From the NCBI GenBank assembly GCA_965662705.1, contig CBFIIP010000090.1:9163-73162 (forward strand): 64,000 bases of DNA, given 5' to 3'. This DNA is from Flavobacteriaceae bacterium. Lineage in GTDB: Bacteria; Bacteroidota; Bacteroidia; Flavobacteriales; Flavobacteriaceae. The notes beneath the pieces are model-generated. The model ran no database searches, had not been told where the DNA came from, and worked only from the letters and a program-made list of their open reading frames with translations. Position 1 is the stretch's first letter. Each line of letters begins with the position of its first letter. Position numbers and translations under genes: made by a program. This document shows positions 61,817 to 64,000 of this stretch, in pieces.

Positions 61817-63649
61817 ATGTATTTTTTGAGGATGCTCATCCATCGTGTATCTCTTGTGCTACTGCTGTTGTTTGTTTTTCTTTCTTGCGATAAGGAATAT
61901 CATTCTACAGGATCGGAACTTCTATTGGGCACTGCTCTTCAATCAAAATCCTATGATGCCCCTGTTTATTCTTACCAAAGTAAGGTGAGTTATTTCCAAA
62001 CCGATGGTTTACCGCTTGCACAACTTGGAAAAATTGAACTACCGGGATTGGGTATGACTAAAGCCAGTATCACCGCAAGACTTTCTGCCGGTGTTAATCC
62101 TGTTTTTGGCAGGTTTAGCCAAACTAGAGAGGATGATGAAGAAGATGACAACGTTGCATTAATCAATGAAAGAGAAAGGGTTACTCAAGTGTATCTTGAA
62201 ATTCCTTTTTTCAATAATGTCGATGATAGAGATCGTGACGGCGTAATTGATGCTTTGGACTTGGATCCGGAAGACCAGGAAAGTGATACCGATGGGGATG
62301 GAGTCAGTGATATAGTCGAAAGCCGTTCTAATTTGAACCCCTTGAGTGAAGATAGTGACGGCGACGGAATTTTGGATGATGTAGATCAAGACAATAAAAC
62401 CTACGAGTCTGATAATAAGGTATATGAAATAGATTCCATCTATGGTAATCGCAACGCAGCCTTTGACCTAAAGGTTTACGAGTTAAAGTATTTTCTGTCC
62501 GATTATGATCCTGCCACTGATTTTGAGAAAAAGTCGCAGTTTTTTTCCAATACTGATTTTTTTGAAACGGGTTTTTATGGCGCCACACTTCACGATGCCC
62601 GTTACAAACTCAATTTTAATGAATTGCGGTTTAATTTCGATGAAGACGACCCCGAAACCGAAGATATTGATGAGCGGGAAAGGGTGGAGACTCGACTGAC
62701 ACCAAGGATCAGGGTTCCATTGAATGCTGATTTTTTCCAAGAAAAAATTTTAGATTTAGAGGGCAGCTCAGTTTTTTCTGACAATGAAAGTTTTTCTAGG
62801 CACTTTAGGGGCTTGATCATTAAGGCCGAAAATTTTGATGACGATTTATACATGCTTTTGGACTTAAGGAATGCTTTGATAAGAATAGAGTACGAATATG
62901 ATGAAGTAAACACAAATAGCACCTCGGATGACACTTCGGATGACACTATTGAAATAAAGGACAAGACTTTTATTTTGAGTTTTAATACCAATTTCTCTAC
63001 CATTAAAAATGACAATCAAGGCAGTCAGTTTGAGCAGGAACTTTCAGCTGCAAGGGAAAATATCCCCTCTGAAAACATTTACCTAAGTGGAAATGGCTTG
63101 TTTTCTACTCTCAAATTGTTTGATGAAGACAACAACGAAAATCAATTACTTGACGAACTAAGAGATAATCAGTGGGTAATCAATGAAGCAAATTTAGTGC
63201 TTTACATCAATCGTGATCAATATAATTTGGTTGAACCCTCACAATTCCCCGACCGGCTGTATCTGTATAAGTACAAAACAGGAGCTCCTTTAACGGATTT
63301 TAGTATCGACAACTCAGTCAATAATACAGTAAGAAATAGAGATAAATATATTTACGGGGGTATATTGGAACTTGATCAGAATGAACAGCCTTATCGTTAC
63401 AAGTTTAGAATTACCGATCACATTAACCGTTTGGTTCGTGATGATTCTACCAATGTGGTTTTAGGTTTGGTTCCCGCCGGGGGGTTAACAAGCATCACTT
63501 CAAAAAGAGCCGAGACTTTCAGACAAGAATTTATAAACTATCCTGCTACCGCCGTTCTTAACCCAAAGGGGGTCATTCTGCATGGATCTGAAAGTCCAAA
63601 CCATCCGGAGGATGGCTTTAGACTCGAAATATTTTATACAGAATACTAA
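61817..63649 (+). CDS. DUF4270-like lipoprotein with an inserted Ca-binding (thrombospondin type 3-like) acidic repeat block
   Basis: Lipobox FLSC. Position right after the short glycogen-synthase-like gene, as for DUF4270 proteins. DRDRDGVID / DTDGDGVSD / DSDGDGILD repeats at residues 136-188. Confidence 0.6.
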   Translation: MYFLRMLIHRVSLVLLLLFVFLSCDKEYHSTGSELLLGTALQSKSYDAPVYSYQSKVSYFQTDGLPLAQLGKIELPGLGMTKASITARLSAGVNPVFGRFSQTREDDEEDDNVALINERERVTQVYLEIPFFNNVDDRDRDGVIDALDLDPEDQESDTDGDGVSDIVESRSNLNPLSEDSDGDGILDDVDQDNKTYESDNKVYEIDSIYGNRNAAFDLKVYELKYFLSDYDPATDFEKKSQFFSNTDFFETGFYGATLHDARYKLNFNELRFNFDEDDPETEDIDERERVETRLTPRIRVPLNADFFQEKILDLEGSSVFSDNESFSRHFRGLIIKAENFDDDLYMLLDLRNALIRIEYEYDEVNTNSTSDDTSDDTIEIKDKTFILSFNTNFSTIKNDNQGSQFEQELSAARENIPSENIYLSGNGLFSTLKLFDEDNNENQLLDELRDNQWVINEANLVLYINRDQYNLVEPSQFPDRLYLYKYKTGAPLTDFSIDNSVNNTVRNRDKYIYGGILELDQNEQPYRYKFRITDHINRLVRDDSTNVVLGLVPAGGLTSITSKRAETFRQEFINYPATAVLNPKGVILHGSESPNHPEDGFRLEIFYTEY

Positions 63650-64000
63650 CGGCGATCAGCCTATTCACTAGGGTTTGATCCAACAAAACATCATCCAATA
63701 GTTTTTTAATATTAAAAATTAAAAACCAATAGAAGGCATCTATTTAATTGAAATATGCGTTAATTAATTAGGCTGTTTTTTCCGCTAAAATCTTTATTAA
63801 ATAGTTATAAGCTATCGTTAATATTTATTTAATAAGATTTGTCTACCGTAAACTAATGCTATGCATATCATGGTATTGATAATTGCTATTTTATAGCCCC
63901 AAAACGTCCAACTCATAATCAGAACAACGGACCACCACAAAAACAACAACAAGATACCTGCAGTCATTTTTATCGAACTGTAAAAAACAACATCTTTAAA

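Noticed and set aside
63818-63967. 49-codon minus-strand ORF (MTAGILLLFLWWSVVLIMSWTFWGYKIAIINTMICIALVYGRQILLNKY) near the right edge.
   Set aside because: It is hydrophobic and could be a small membrane protein, but it is short, lies in AT-rich DNA and has no supporting signal. The evidence is insufficient.
1-64000. Scan for rRNA, tRNA, CRISPR arrays, IS elements/transposases, integrases, prophage or known defence genes.
   Set aside because: No spaced direct repeats, no tRNA-like cloverleaf anchors with complementary stems and no recombinase-like ORFs were seen. The absence is based on reading by eye and should be confirmed with tRNAscan/Infernal/ISfinder-type tools.

Overview
This 64-kb chromosomal segment reads like a marine Flavobacteriia (Bacteroidota) genome. 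Genes lack Shine-Dalgarno sequences, and exact TAnnTTTG -7 boxes sit 16-35 nt upstream of eight start codons. There are three CarboxypepD_reg/TonB-dependent-type outer-membrane receptors and two sulfatases, plus the conserved ileS / DksA-like / lspA and panD-panC / short glycogen-synthase-like / DUF4270 neighbourhoods. About 58 protein-coding genes are supported. From roughly 29.4 kb to 63.6 kb the content is mostly housekeeping: ribE, pdxA, rpmF, fabH, accB, accC, asd, alr, tdk, rsmI, recJ, pgi, uvrC, lspA, ileS, recO, gdhA, radA, panD, panC. The first ~29 kb is more accessory. It holds a visibly AT-rich islet with a Fic protein and a secreted twin-retropepsin/PDZ protease. Next comes a SulP / persulfide-dioxygenase-rhodanese / split YeeE-YedE operon, facing an outer-membrane barrel / small membrane protein / secreted AhpD-like operon and two DoxX genes. 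These are followed by two ORF-poor AT-rich gaps, a divergent pair of uncharacterised envelope proteins, a sulfatase / NIPSNAP / sulfatase-HEAT / CDGSH cluster, and a GT2 / GT39 / RimB-RimK fusion / TonB-receptor gene string. By eye I found no rRNA, tRNA, CRISPR array, transposase, integrase, prophage or recognisable defence gene. Nothing is a clear-cut novel system. The best follow-up candidates are: (1) the tightly coupled NIPSNAP / divergent sulfatase (CSVAR instead of CxPxR, HEAT tail) / CDGSH module; (2) the RimB-RimK writer-eraser fusion embedded in an envelope-glycosylation and TonB-receptor string; (3) the extended reactive-sulfur/quinone locus at 2.9-11.4 kb; (4) two candidate regulatory or small-RNA regions, namely the 12.7-13.3 kb orphan gap with a leftward terminator/anti-terminator geometry and a perfect-SD 20-codon micro-ORF at 27.96-28.02 kb. 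All functional calls rest on motif recognition by eye. No database search was run.
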